A stretch of 64,000 bases of DNA from Utricularia gibba. Taxonomy: Eukaryota; Plantae; Magnoliophyta. The notes beneath the pieces are model-generated. The model saw only the letters and a list, made by a program, of their open reading frames with translations, did not search any database and was not told the origin of the DNA. The position numbers and the translations under genes are program-made. The stretch is from contig NEEC01000004.1 in the NCBI GenBank assembly GCA_002189035.1, forward strand, positions 5,146,001 to 5,210,000, in the 5' to 3' direction. Below are positions 24,008 through 38,049 of the stretch, piece by piece. How positions within the stretch are numbered: position 1 is the first letter of the stretch; the number at the start of each line of letters is the position of its first letter.

Positions 24008-24704
24008 TTTTTTAAAAAATCAAAAAATTAAATATATTTAATTATGATTATAAAATTATATATGATAAATATCGTTTAAATTTTGTAGCCATAATTATTT
24101 ATATCTAGTACAAAATATTAATATTTATATTTAGTAATTTAATAATTTTTAAATATTTATAGGATATTTCATTTTTGTGGAATGAGAATTTTCGTAAATT
24201 TTATAAATTTAATATTTTTAAAATTCAAAATTCCGAACAAGGCGAAAAAATTAATGGCGAACCTACCCTCACATCCCTTATAATTACACATTGCACCCGT
24301 TTTTTTACTACGTTTTTTTTAAAAAAAGAGTTCAACTGTACCAATTAAAAAAATACTTTAACTGAAAGCAACCCCACGGGGGACGACTTCATTGTTGTGA
24401 GTACGACGCTCGGCGTATTTTAGCAGTGAGCCGTCCTTAAAGTGTGAAAATATCGTTTAACTTGCGCCGCCCCCTCTGCTCTCCTGCACCTCCTCCTCCT
24501 CTCCCATTTTATCAGCACAAAACGACGGCGTACGCGCGAACTCAAGGTTCAGTCATGGTCAAAACCTTTGACCTTTCTTAAAACCAACGCATGTGGAGTT
24601 CAGAGACTGGTAGTTTTGAAGGCGTCAGTATACCAGCATTACATTTTCAGGAGGGTATGGGTTGCCGTTTTGTTTCTAGGTTGAGGCTTTTGGAGTAGTG
24701 AAAT

Positions 24705-27700
24705 ATGTTCGGGTTTTCGGGAAGAAGAATGAAGCTAGGGAGGTAAATTTACAGGATGTATTTTTTTTTTTTTTTTGGAGTAAAAACGCTTCTGTGATGT
24801 GAGGATGATTGTGTTTGGTTGGTTGCAATGGGTTCAGGAAAAAGGTTCAACTTTCCGATGCTGCATTGGGAACGCGAAGTCCTCTTAGATTCGCTAAAAG
24901 AGTTAGCTACACCCATGTCGGTTTTTGAATATAGTGTATTCTACCGTGCAGTTTGCGTTAACATTGACAATGTTAATAGGCGGAAGGTGCTGCTGCGGCA
25001 AGTAGTGAAAGCGATCATACCAATGGCCAATCGTCGTCTGATTCCTCGGAGTTTACCAACCGTACTTCCGGTAGTTCGGAAAACTGGATGGTCCTTTCAA
25101 TCGGCGGGGAGAAGCCACAACCTCGATTTAATGTAAATTGCTGTCTCTCTGCGGATATGTGTGTCATCCTCTTCTACTCTATGATGGTTGATGCGCGTTT
25201 TTGTTTTCAATACTGTGAGTAGCATGCTGCAGCTGTGGTGGGGAAAAAGATGGTTGTAGTTGGTGGTGAGTCTGCCGATGGGCTATTAGAAGATGTCCAG
25301 GTATTCATGATATTTCTTGCTTCGCAGGTTGATTTGTGATTGTTGATAATTCTCTTGTTTTGCTCTCAATAATGCCTAAGAAATATTAACGAAGTTCATC
25401 AATTCGTTGTATATATTCTTGATTTTCTTTTAGGTGTTACATTTTGATCGATTTTGCTGGACTAAGGCATCATCGAAGGTTTACCTTTCTCCCACAAGTT
25501 TTCCACTCAGAATCCCAGCATGCAAAGGCCACGCATTGGTATAAACTCATTGGTAGATGTCTTAAAAATTTAGAATGTAGGGAACAATTTTAAGCAGTTT
25601 ATACCCTTTGGCAATGGAGGATCAAAGCGCTGGATTAATCTTTCATTTTGAATCCCAGCTCAATCGTTTTCTGTTGTATTAGGTGCCTTGGGGTAAGAAG
25701 GTGCTTCTTCTTGGAGGAAAGAGTGAACCAGCAAGTGATAGAATGTCAAGTAATTTCCCTTCCAGTTGTTTGCATTTTATATGTTGTATACTTCAGATTT
25801 TTAGTATCTAGCATCTCATATAGATGTAATGCAGTATGGGCATTTGATACGGAAACTGAATGCTGGTCACTGGTGGAGGCAAAGGGAGATATTCCGGTAC
25901 TACTCTTAGACATGGCTGGTCTTCCTTCACATGAAAGTGAATATCCATTTTTAAATCGTAGATCGCACGTAGTGGGCACACAGTTGTTAGAGCAAACTCT
26001 GTTCTAATACTTTTTGGTGGTGAAGATGCTAAACGGAGGAAACTCAATGATTTGCACATGTTTGATCTGAAATCTCTGACTTGGCTACCTCTTCATTGCA
26101 CGTAAGAAAGCTCCCAGGAAGAGATGTCTTTGTTTATTATTTTTTTGTCTGATCAAAGATATAGAATATGTTGTGATGTTTTTTTAACATGCAGGGGATC
26201 AAGGCCCTCTGCAAGATCAAATCACATTGCTGCTCTTTATAATGAGAAACTATTGTTTGTGTTTGGAGGGTCATCGAAGTCTAAGACACTGAATGACTTG
26301 TACTCGCTTGACTTTGAAGCGGTTGGTTAATTCTTCTATATTTTTCCTGCATGCCTGGGAGGATGGTTTCATTCCACAACTTACACGGAGATCTTCTTTT
26401 CAGATGGTGTGGACTAGAATCAAAGCAAGAGGATTTCATCCATCACCTAGAGCTGGTTGTTGTGGAGCACTCTGTGGAACAAAGTGGTATATCACGGGTG
26501 GTGGTAGCAAGAAAAGTAGTATGAACCTTTTTTGGTAGCATTTCATGAATTTTTGTGGACATGATGCTCCAGTCCTTTAAAATTTCAACATCGTTCAAAC
26601 CTGAACAAATTCATTATACAGGCCCTGCAGAGACATTGGTATTTGACGTTCTTAAGCTTAACTGGTCGATTGCAGTATCATCCCCACCATCTTCCATTAC
26701 TACCAACAAGGTTTTTTTCAGATAAATATTTTCTGATTATCAATGGAGCATCACAGAGCTAACGTCGTAGAAATTTTCTGTTTCATTTAGTTGTGCATAT
26801 GCACATTCTTTCTCATTTTCAAATACTCATGCTTCTTGATTACGCCCTTTTTTTGTTATTTCTATGATGACATCCTCTTTTTTGGGTTCTACAGGGTTTT
26901 AGTCTTGTCCTCGTGCAACACAACGAAAGGCATTTTCTTCTTGCATTTGGTGGCACTAGGAAAGATCCATCTAACCAGGTTCCCTGAAGTTAAACGTGTT
27001 GCTTGTAATTGAAAGTTCTAAATTTACTGGTTTGAAACATACGTCATTCATTCCTTATAGGTTGAGGTACTTATGATTGAAACAATTGAATCGTCAATGA
27101 TTCGAAGATCAACTTTGAGCAAAGTTGTTGGATCATTGATGTCTGAGAAAGCCTCTTCATCCAGTAGACAGTTCAATGCTTCTCATATTGGACATCTCAA
27201 TACCAGCTCACAACAAAATTTATCATCTGCCATTGAACGTGGGGATTCTGGTAGAAAGTCACTATCGGAGTCCTTGTGTGCTGACCCAAATTCTTCTGGT
27301 AATCTCTCACTACGCAGGCAGTTTTACAATGAAGAGAATACTGATATTGCAGCCAAGAACACATCCGAGGACAAGAATCTGTCCCAGGTAAATAACATTT
27401 TTATTCTTGCTGTGCTGTGGTTAGTGAACCTTTTTTATTCTGCTTTGTTAATGGTCAAGGAACCTTTTTCTAACTATTAACATACAAGAGTGGTTTTTAA
27501 CTTTGGATGGTTTTCAAAGAACAGTTGGAAATATTGGTGGAAGAAAAAGAGTTAAGTCCAAAAAAAAAAAAAAAATGCATGATTCGAAGTATGGATCAAT
27601 TGGTAACCATTATTTTTTACTTTTCGTTCATCAGAATTATGAAGAAAAATTAGCTACCCTAACCAAGAGGAATGAATTTCTGGAGGGACAGTTATTATCT

Positions 27701-28576
27701 GCCATTAATGCACGTGAAACAGCAGAAAAAAACTTATCAGCTGCTCTCAGAAGCAGAGAAGAAATGGAGAAGAAACTGGTGCATGCGTTGAAGGAAATTG
27801 ATTTGCTTAAAGAGAGCCTAGCTGGATTAGAGGTTGCTCAAGAAGAAGCCAACAATATCTCTAACATTGTCCACAATGACAATGTGCGGCTCGAGCACGA
27901 TGTGGCTTTCCTAAAGGCTGTCTTGGATGATACACAGAAGGCAGAGCACAATTCTAATTTTGCAGACCTTTTTTTTACTTCACTTTTTATTTTTCCTTGC
28001 GAACGAATAAAGTAAATTACTTCTGTTGCAGGAGCTTCACTCGACCAGAGGAGTCCTCTCAGAGGAGCGTGCAAGAGCTTTCCAGCTGCAGGTACAGACA
28101 CCTTCTTGTCTAAATTTTAAAAAGGGTCTACTGTTTGCTGGGGAAGGTATCAAATTCATCCCTAAAATTCATGTAAAAAATGCTCTTGAGAAATTGCAAA
28201 GAACTAGTCTTTACTTCGGCCGGGGTTCTGTATAACTTCACAAATAATATTCCCAAAGTGCTGTTCCTCAAAGTGGTGAAAGTCTTGGTCTGTGCAGCTT
28301 TTTAAGGGTATTCAAGTTCAGTAATTGGTGAGAGTTCATGTGTGTTTTTTCTTTGAAGTATGTCGCATTCATCTCCAAATAATAAGTTAGAAATTCCCAT
28401 AAGAAGCTGCAAGCAACCAGGCGAACGTTGAGTTGCTGGTGCCTCGAAATGCTTTTATCTTGTTGTGATAACTATTCTAAGTTTTTTGTTTCCAGGTTGA
28501 AGTTTTTTATCTGAAACAGAGACTTCAGTCCTTGGGGTCACGGGAGCCTACACCTATGAAACAATTCCACGACTAG
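24705..28576 (+). CDS. Kelch-repeat protein with C-terminal coiled coil (related to the ACBP4/5 kelch region; no ACB domain seen)
   Basis: MFGFSGRRMKLGR start; SENWMVLSIGGEKPQPRFN; kelch exons (WAFDTETECWSLVEAKGDIP, GSRPSARSNHIAALY, GFHPSPRAGCCGALCGTKWYITGGG); C-terminal RLEHDVAFLKAVLDDTQK/ELHSTRGVLSEERARAFQLQ/VEVFYLKQRLQSL...FHD*. Confidence 0.9.
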
Positions 28577-31500
28577 AACTTCATCACCAAACCATCATAC
28601 TGTTGTTGTGGATAGCTTTTTTTCTTTTGCAGAAATCGCTGCCACTGTTGATATTTTCTATGCTGGGGGTGTTTTGTTATAGACAAAAACGCTTATGATC
28701 AAGTTGAACATTCCACATTTCTGTTTAGAAGCCTTCAAGAATCATAGTTCAACTTCACTCAAATCTCAATGCGGAGGAACCTGGCCTGTGGAGAACTTAC
28801 AGTAATGCAGTGCGACAAACCTTGGGCATTTGTATTAAAATATGGCAAGTGTTAACTGCTGTAGACTTTCTAGAAGAATACACCTGCAACCAGCGAGGCG
28901 GGTGAAAATGATCTAAGGGGGGAGGTCTGTCACTTCCATTCGGAGTCCGAAATGATCAGAAAATTTGATCTTTTATGCGGGACGTGAAGAAAAACATTCA
29001 GCAGATTACTGATGAAGCAGACGAGCCTCAAATGATCTGGAGAATCGTTGAGAACAATGTACACGGAACAAGGATTTTGAAGACCCATCTGCAAACATAG
29101 CATTTAATTAACAGGGAAAACAAGGCAAGCTTCAGAAGTATCAAAATTGAGAACCAGCAGCCAGAGACTTGCTAAACGAACACGTCTACAGCCAGAGAAT
29201 TGAAGCAGAGTCAACAAATCTGAGGAAAAGATGATATGAAGAACACATCTTTGCAGAACGCACCCAGTTGAACCAAATCAGTCGACCCGACCATTAATCT
29301 CCACTCACATTCTCCGGAAAAGCAGTCGGGATTGCTTCCCGGGCCTCGACCTCCGGTGTCCGGCGATACTATCCTAGTGCATGGAAGTATTCTCCTGTAG
29401 AGTAATGTAAGGTGCATGCATTCACTTTGCATATCGGGTTTCAGTCCTTTGTTATGCAAGAATGGTGCAGAATAGCATGAAGACGATAAATTTATACGAT
29501 CGTGAATGCACGTCTTTCCGGGAAGATGCGCTGTGGAGGCGAAAAAACCGATCTTTTTGATCGGAGAAGTTAGGCATACCGTAAAATTATGTGATTTAGA
29601 TCTGGGTTAGCCGGAAAGGAAGAAACGAACTTTGGTTGCGAGAGTTAGCTTATTGTACCCCCTCAAATTAAAAATGACAATTGGCAGTGGGAGTCAGTTT
29701 GACAGGCATATTGCCTTCTAGGCTGTGGACAGCTGAAAAAGACATTTACTGTATCTGTGTCAAGCACGCCTAAATTGTTGAAATCAAGGCCTGGATTTCT
29801 GATTTGGAGAAGAAATGCAAACTGTACGACTGACTGCAGATTTTGGTGATGCATCCGGTACCTCTCTCCCTTGTCCACATATTAATGCATTCATTCAGTC
29901 AGACAGTGAATACCCTCATTATATGTTCCTTTGATCTATAATTTCCTGATTATTGCAAGCGTATCTTTTGATTTGCTTTTCTCCATACTCTGTCAGGAAA
30001 ACTGTGAAGCCTACAATGCAGAACTGCTAGAGATGAAGTTTTTATGTCAATTTTCAAACTCGCATGATGTTAGGGGAGTTATGTTTGGAAGATTCACCTT
30101 CCACTATTCTCACGAGTGGGGACTGGGGGATGATAAAAGGTAGGAAATTTTACGCTGGGCGAGGACCACCTTGTTACCCCTTCTGTCGTAGTACAATGTA
30201 CAAATCAGGGATGCAGAAAGAATTAACTTCTTTTTAAAGCTTTGCGTAAAAGGAGAAGGTTTGAAGTTGGTATTCAGAGATTTGAGGTGTGTAATAAAAA
30301 CTAAATTGTGTAATGTTGCATTAAAACTGAGATCTCCAAACACTTTGGATGTGTATTAAAGAGGAAACATTCCCTTGTTAGGTCCTCAAATGAAGTCACG
30401 TCCAGTGCACTAACTCTTGCTGCCAAGTTGAGGGACAGCAGATCTGATAGCCTCTTACCGTCTCATACTCTGGCAAAGACTCATTTCTTTTTCTACTTTT
30501 TACTTTTTAATGTCTAATGATGTTTGTGTGTATTTATTGCAGAGCAATGTGGTGGGTAACATTTTTTCGAACTATCAAGTTAAAATGATTATCTTAACTT
30601 GGTTTTCACATGGCTTCACTCTATATTTGACATGTATCCTCTTCTCATCTCCAGCGACGATTTTCAAAAGCTGAAAAGAGGATCCAGCACCAAGTTTCTG
30701 GGTAAAAACAGACTGCTTGGTTTGCAGGAGATGAGTAATATTCTGTAGATAAAAGCAAACGATGAAGAGAATCTGAAAACTTGCACGGATTGCTGCAGTG
30801 ATCGCTTTCTTGCCTCAGCTGTCACCTTCTCTTTAGAAGAACTGTCTCATCCTATTCATTAAAAATGCAAGTGGCTCTGTTTTTTGACGGAACACTAGCA
30901 AGAAAAGGAAGTTATGAGATGAATGGTACAAGAAGTTAAAAGAAAAAGGCAGAAATCGGAAGTGGGGAACCGCGTTCTGATAAAACAAGTTAAGTCCGTG
31001 GATTTTGTATTGTAATCATGTTCAAAATTGTCTGAACAGTATGACGCAGAGTGAATATTTTCAAAATTGTTGCAAAACGCTTACTCTCATAGTCCCTAGA
31101 AGTGATAAATTCTGGTGGCTTCCTTTTCAATATCATGGATAAAATTTTCTGGAAAATGCAGAAATCTTCAACAATTACGAAGTCCAGGAATGCCTTAGTT
31201 TTCCTGTGGTGAAACAATATGAGTTTCGCATTGCTACAAATATGTTTTTTAACCTTTTTTATGCTAAAGGAAGAGCATTAATGGCAAGGATTCTGAGTTT
31301 TTTCATTCGTCTTGATTGAATTTCTTGGAAAGGACAGTTGCAGGTTGGGATACAGTGGCAAATTTGTGAGTTGTGCGGCATTATAAATTGTAGTACTGCT
31401 CTTCGCTTCTGTTTCAACTTCTCAATTTTGTGCTCTTTTATTCTTTTTTTTTTTTTGTTGAGTGAAGCTTTTACAAAAAGGAGGATATTAAAAGTGTCCC

Positions 31501-31622
31501 TCCTATCAAGAAGGCAACTTGATCAACAGTCTTAGTGTTGAAGATACTGTTTCTACTGAAAAGAAGAGCATTTTTCATTCTTCTTCTGTAGATTAAAGTC
31601 TTCATATCTGTTCAAAACAACA

Positions 31623-33293
31623 ATGGCTGCTGCATTTGCAGTTATAGTGGGAGCTGGAGGTGCGCTCTTGGTGTTCGGACTAACCACCCTTTTAGTATGG
31701 TTTTTCAGGTTCAGACACAGAAACCTCTCATCGGAAACAGGCTCTTCAGACCCATCTGCAGCAGTCGGTAAAGCTAATCACCTTTTTGTCAGTTTGTTTC
31801 CCATTGATATTGTTCTTGATATTTCTCTAGATTTTTAATGTTCAATTGTCGTAGTGGAGATGACCAGTGGCAGAGGTGATGGCCCTTACACAAGTTCACC
31901 TGTTACTATTTCTAGTTCACCAGAAGCGAGAAAATTCAGAATGCAGGAACTGGAGCAAGCAACAAGATACTTCCATGAGAGCAACCTTATAGGCCATGGA
32001 ACTTTTGGTCAAGTTTTTAAGGGGTTGCTCTCTGATGGAACCATTGTAGCCATCAAGAGACGTAGTGGACCACCTCAACCAGAATTCGGTAAAGAGGTAA
32101 GGAACCAGATCGTCATGTTATTAGCTACCCTTTTCTTAGTTACTCCAGTTTTGGACATATATGGACTAGTAAAATGGTTTACTGGGATGTAAGTTTGTCA
32201 TACATAAAAGCAACTGTCCCTCGCTCTCAGAGTGAGTTGCTGGTTCAGGTAGCTCGTCTGTCAAGAATCCGGCATCGCAATTTGGTTAAACTTATTGGTT
32301 ACTGTCAAGAAGGTGGATTCCTAATGCTTGTTTTCGAGTACATGCCCAATGGCAGCATCAGAAGTCATTTGCATGGTATAATGAATGTTTGGGTTGTGCT
32401 CAATTGTTTTCTTGCTGATGTTTCTTCTGTTCGCTTTGTTGAAAATGGAAAGATCCTATGGCAAAGCTTGACTTCAAGCAAAGGCTCTCCATTGCTGTCT
32501 GGTCTGCTAGAGGTAACACTCAAGTTCTCCTTGAAGGTGAGGAATGATGAAGGATTCTGGACTTTTGCTTTTTTTTTTCTGTAGCAGGTTTATGCCACTT
32601 GCATTCTCTGCTTCCTCCATTACCTCATGGGAACTTCCGGACAGCAAATGTCTTGGTAGATGAAACATTAGTTGCAAAAGTGTCGGATACAGGATTATCT
32701 TGGCTCATTGCTCTAGTCAGTGGTGTGCCAGATACATGTGCCTCAAGCTCCTTCAATGCCTTCAGGGACCCAGAGTAAGTAAGTGCATATGTGAAAGTGT
32801 GGCAAGATTACTTGTTAAATCCTTGATTCTTGAATGCAGGTTGGGCCCTCAAGACACGCCCCGGGAGGCAAACGATGTGTACAGCTTTGGTATGTTACTC
32901 CTCGAGCTCATTTCTGGAAAAGAGTTAACAGATGAAGATGCATTTCAATCAAATAGCAGCAGTTTTCATTGGGTACAACCATCAAAACCTCTCTCTCTGC
33001 TCTCTTCATGTTTTTAAACTACATATGATGTGTGAAAAAAACAGATGCAAGAACAGCTTCGAGCAAATGATTTAATAGACAGTCGCCTGGAGGGTAGCTT
33101 CACTGAAGAAGGAATGAAGAACATGATCAGGTTAATGCAGAAATGCACAAGGTTCCCAGGGACAGAGAGACCAAGGATGGGGAATGTAGTGATGGAGCTG
33201 GAACAGTTACTAGAGAATGAGATGAAACGAACAACGGTTATGGGAGAAGGCATTGCAAGCATCACTCTTGGTAGCCAGCTCTTCACAAACTAA
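31623..33293 (+). CDS. Membrane-anchored receptor-like kinase lacking an ectodomain; predicted pseudokinase
   Basis: N-terminal TM (AVIVGAGGALLVFGLTTLLVWFF) followed by RFRHR; IGHGTFGQVFKG; VAIKRR; HRNLVKLIGYC; catalytic loop reads PHGNFRTANVLVD and DFG reads DTG; DVYSFGMLLLELISG; RPRMGNVVMELE. Confidence 0.87.
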
Positions 33294-33956
33294 GGCTGTG
33301 TAAGGTTCCCCCTTCAATGAAATGAAAGACATATGTGTAGGCTTTGGGCTCATTTTCACTCTGTTTTTCCTATCCTACTGGGAACTGGAGGAAAGGAAAC
33401 CAAGAGTGGAATATTGAATACCAGTAATCCAGCATGTGTTCTATCAGATTGCTTCTTTTAAGAACCTCGCAGGTTAAAGTAAATGAACCTCATGGTTCTT
33501 CTCAGGAACTCAGTAGTAAAAGCAGTGTTTCCATTTGAGGTTCAGATTGTGATGTTTGAACGGATGATTTTTATATGATGGCAAGCTAAAAAGAAAAGTG
33601 TTCAATGATTCAAAAACGAGTGAACGAGGAACAGATACAATGTATTCAAATTAAATAAGGTGGAAAACGACAAGGAGAAGCCGTTGCATTAGATATTCTC
33701 TACAAACTAGAGCCTTTGAGGTTGCGGACAAAAGACCACCTTGTTCTCCTGCCACAAAGCTATGGTCTTTCGTCCCGGAACCAGCATGATTGCTGGGGAT
33801 ACCTCTTTAACAAGTTTAGAAAAATCGAAACCCAAAGATTTCATGGCCACCAAACAACAGTAGTAATGTAAATAGTTTGTCATACCGTGCAACAGAAACA
33901 AGAACACAGTCATTAATACACAGCAGCACAGTGAAGCAACATTCTAATCTCAGAGC

Positions 33957-35063
33957 CTATGAGCTATAGCTGAAATCCAATCCCTTGAGATTATTTTCAT
34001 TCCCATTACTTGTCTTGGGTTCCTTGAAAACTTCCCAGCTATGCGGTACAGATGCTAAAAGGGAACTTGTATCTTCCAAGTTAAGTAAACTTTCAGGGGA
34101 GACAAGACAGCTTGCCAAATCCATGGAGTTTCCATTTACCAACTGTGGTAGAGGAGAAAAGCCAAGTTGAACCTCATTGAATGACACAAAATCTGTGTCC
34201 ACCATCGGGTTCCTGCAAAACAACTCTTCCTGACCAGTAAAGCTGTCAGAATTTTCCTTTGCTCGAATGGGCTGTAGCTGATCAACATGGGTGAAGTTCC
34301 CAAAATATCTGTCGCATTCTGGTGGCAAAAGGTAGGGCAGTTGAGTGTACTTCCAAACACATTCTTGACTCTGCTGCTGTTGTTGCCTCCTCTGCCTTCC
34401 GAGAAGCTTCTTCCGCAGCCTTGTATTCCAGTAGTTCTTTATATCATTATCTGTTCTTCCAGGTAACTGTGCAGCAATGATAGACCATCTGGGCAATCAA
34501 ACTAAATTAAATGAGCCAAGACTTGTGTACCCCTCTGTTATTCTTGCATATTAAAAAAAATGAAACTCAAATAAAATTCAAGCAACTCCCTGTCAGGCTG
34601 ACTGATTATCTTCTTGTGCAACTCATGTTTTACTCTGGCTTATATTTCTGAAAATCACGAACTTTAAAAAACATTTTAAAATCTGATGCATAGTGAAACT
34701 CGTACCTGCTTCCAATGGCGATGTAGAGGTTGCAGATCAAGTTATCCTCCTCTTCCGTAAAGTCACCATGCTTGATGTTTGGTCTGAGATAATTCAACCA
34801 TCTAAGCCTGCAACTCTTCCCACATCTCTTCAGACCTGATCATATCGTTTTGAAGCAGAACAGATCCATTTCTTAGAACTATCAACTAAGAGAAATATGT
34901 GAAAGAAAAACTGAAAACTTGTCTTACCAACTTTCTGAGGTAAAGCAATCCAGTTTCCTCCAGTTCCATGCTTCTCAATGTAACATTTGAGTTTATGATC
35001 CTCTTCAGGAGACCATGGACCTCTCTTCACATTACCTTTGTCACAGCAAGGAGCTCTCCCCAT
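33957..35063 (-). CDS. R2R3-MYB transcription factor, subgroup 14 (RAX/MYB36-like), 3 exons
   Basis: [22 protein letters not shown]...[13 protein letters not shown]; middle exon with [27 protein letters not shown]; [25 protein letters not shown]. Confidence 0.93.
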
Positions 35064-35568
35064 GGATCTTTACAGAACCTTGTTGCTGCTTATATTTTTT
35101 TTTCTCTCATTGAGTCATCATTATATGATCAAAAAGTGGCGTGGCAACAGATGGATTTATCTATTTGTATATTAAACTATGGAAAGAAGCACTTTGAAGG
35201 ACAGTACACGTCATGCGTAAACCAAGCCTTTTCTCATTGTCCTCTAACTCTAACTCCAGAATCTCACAGCTTACAATAATAACCCACCTTATCTTACTGT
35301 TTTTTCACATTTCAATCAAATGTGAACAGTGAAATCTACAACATTCCATCATGGTAACATATGGATATGGCAGAGGGGAACGGCTCAAGTGAATCATGGA
35401 AAAATAAAAATAAATGATCGACGGTACTCCATTTTCTTCAAGGGAAAAAACTTTGTAAATAGATTGTTCATAGGTTTCTATAAACAGCTGAAAGTACCAG
35501 TTATTTGGATGGTGTTCCTACATCATCCACCACAGTCAATATCCATAAAGTAGTAGTGAATGTTGATG

Positions 35569-37532
35569 TTACATGGGCTTGAACAGTTCCCCAGAACTGG
35601 AGCAAGACGAACTTGCAGATGGCTCAAGCTCCAAGATTTCTTTTACTACCTGAGCTTTGTCTGCCTGGAAATTTTCATCTTCTGCATTGGATTCAAGGAA
35701 GACTCTCATGTTTACATACAAGAATGATCAAGAACGAAGATACGAATTAGTCAGCAACATCACACACCTCTGTCAGTGTTGAAACCATTCAAAAACCACA
35801 CTAATTTGCTTCTATTGGCGCAAAGAATGTTGATGATGTCTTGTGGTTTGTTCTGATTTGCCACAAAAAGCTGTAACAAGAAAAAATTAGATATGAGATA
35901 TGCTTACTTACAACTACCATCCAGACTGTGAGTGGATTTCTTGCGAGGCAAACAAAAACCTTGAATACATGGAATGCATCAAGCTGGATGCTCTTATGTG
36001 ATTCCTGCACCAGACAGAGAGCATGGTATTGTAACCGGTGACCAGGTGTTCATATTGAATCTTAACTTGGCTTACCCTGAGAAGATTCATAAGAACTTTT
36101 ATATTGTGTCTTGAACTGACATAATTTATCATCACAGCAGCATTGGTTCGATCGAGTAAAATCTCTCCAAGAAGCTTCGTAGCATGTCTTCTCGTCATGT
36201 AGTTGGAGGATTCCAGCAGTTTTGAGTTGAATTCAGCAAAGAACTATGAATCAAAGCAAACAACAGAGTGAAAAACAAGAGAAAAAAAATTCCTTCAACA
36301 TTATGAAACACAAGCACTGACCCAGTCTTGGTTTTCTACCAAAAATCCTGCCACTGTGGACTTGTGTCTTGTCATAAGCTCCTAACACATTTGCATGGCA
36401 AGATTGAGGAAACCATGATTTTGAAAAAGGCTTGGAATCTAAAGGTAAACCTTGAAGGTAATAGCTGCATCTGATGCAACATCGAAATTCGGAAGTTGAA
36501 TGTAGTCAAAAAACTTCTTCACGAGCTCAGACTTCAATACATAACTATTGAGAAGAACCACACATCAGTAGGTACAGATGAGTATAGCATATACATCAAC
36601 ACATGCTGTTCTTATGCATATCTTCCTCTTACCTTGCAACAACCTGGTGCCTGATGGATTCCCTTAACATTCCACCTAAATGCAAAGCAAGAACAGGGTG
36701 CTCATAACTGCATGGAGAACATAACAAATCAGTCATCTAGCTATTCCATCAGCAACTAAAAGAATACTTCACATTTGAAGCTCACCCAATAACCAACTGA
36801 TCAATGAGATCAAGATTGGATTCAAGGTACTCTGAAGCAATCAATCGTGAATCAACAGGTTGCCGTTGCAAATTAGCCACAACTTGGGTAGCATCTTTGC
36901 GAGCCTACTCAGCAGAATAAGTAATACAGATAGGACCAATGACTAAAAATAACTTCAGCCAATTGATGCTTACTTCTAAGTTCAATTTGGGGAGGCAGAG
37001 AATGAGGAGGCGCATGGTGTCATACTTGAAGAACTCTTGAGTGATCTGAGCGCATGAATCTACAAGTGGCTCTGATTCATTGATGCCGTAAAGAATGCAC
37101 TTCAGTTCCCTTAAATCATTGTCTAATTGCTCCAACTGAAATCCCAAAAGGTATTTCTGTTATCAGAATTCCATATTACAATGTAAATGTTAATCAGCCA
37201 AACATATCCCATAAATCATCATCATTTTGCAAGAAAATGTGATGGTGATGAGAGCAGTATTACGCCATAAGCCTAACAGAAAATGCCTTGTAAAAAGTGA
37301 GAACCTTTTCAGAAGACTTGTGATTTCCATCTTGAGGCCTGGAATTGATGTACAAGAGCAAGTCCCTGGTCTCACGGACGACGTCAGCAGGGGGACGAGG
37401 CTTGTTGGATTTGAAGAGACTTTTCATAGAATTTGTCCGCAATACTTTGGGCACAAGCTTTTTCAGCATGGAAGACGATTTTGATTTAACCAACCCATTA
37501 TCTTCTTGCTCCATCTTCACCAGGACTGGCAT
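35569..37532 (-). CDS. MO25: MO25/CAB39-like scaffold protein, multi-exon
   Basis: [24 protein letters not shown] (ATG 37427, with in-frame upstream ATGs to 37532); [22 protein letters not shown]; [26 protein letters not shown]; [22 protein letters not shown]; [13 protein letters not shown]; [14 protein letters not shown]; stop at 35569. Confidence 0.92.
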
Positions 37533-38049
37533 CTTGTTTTCTGAAGAACACCCGGGGGATCGAGATCCCACCGGAGTATCCAATGGATTAGCACTCCGAC
37601 GGTTGATGCTTCTTTTTGTTCTTTTCTCGTGTGTCGAGAACAGGGGAGCCGTGGAGATGGGAATGGAAAATTTTTGTCATGAAAACGGGAGGTAGGCAAT
37701 GTGAGAAGCAAGAACTCCATATAGTATTCCGCCATTGACGGGGTAACAAGGAGTTGCAGAGATTGGGATCACTCTTTTTTCGGTACCCTATTGACCTGCG
37801 GTTTCCGCCATTGACGGAGAACAAGTCTCAAATGGATTAAAGCTTTTGTAGCATATCAAAATTCCACATTGAAAACTATGGAATGCCATAGCCTCAACAG
37901 CGGAGAAAACCTTATCTCACATCGAACCTAGTAACCCAACTATCATCTTCAACCACATAACTCCTCAGCCCACGCTGAAAGTACGGCATTTGAACAACAA
38001 CTTGTGGGAGTCATTGAAATGGAGAGAGAATTCGGTCGGGGAATCGACC

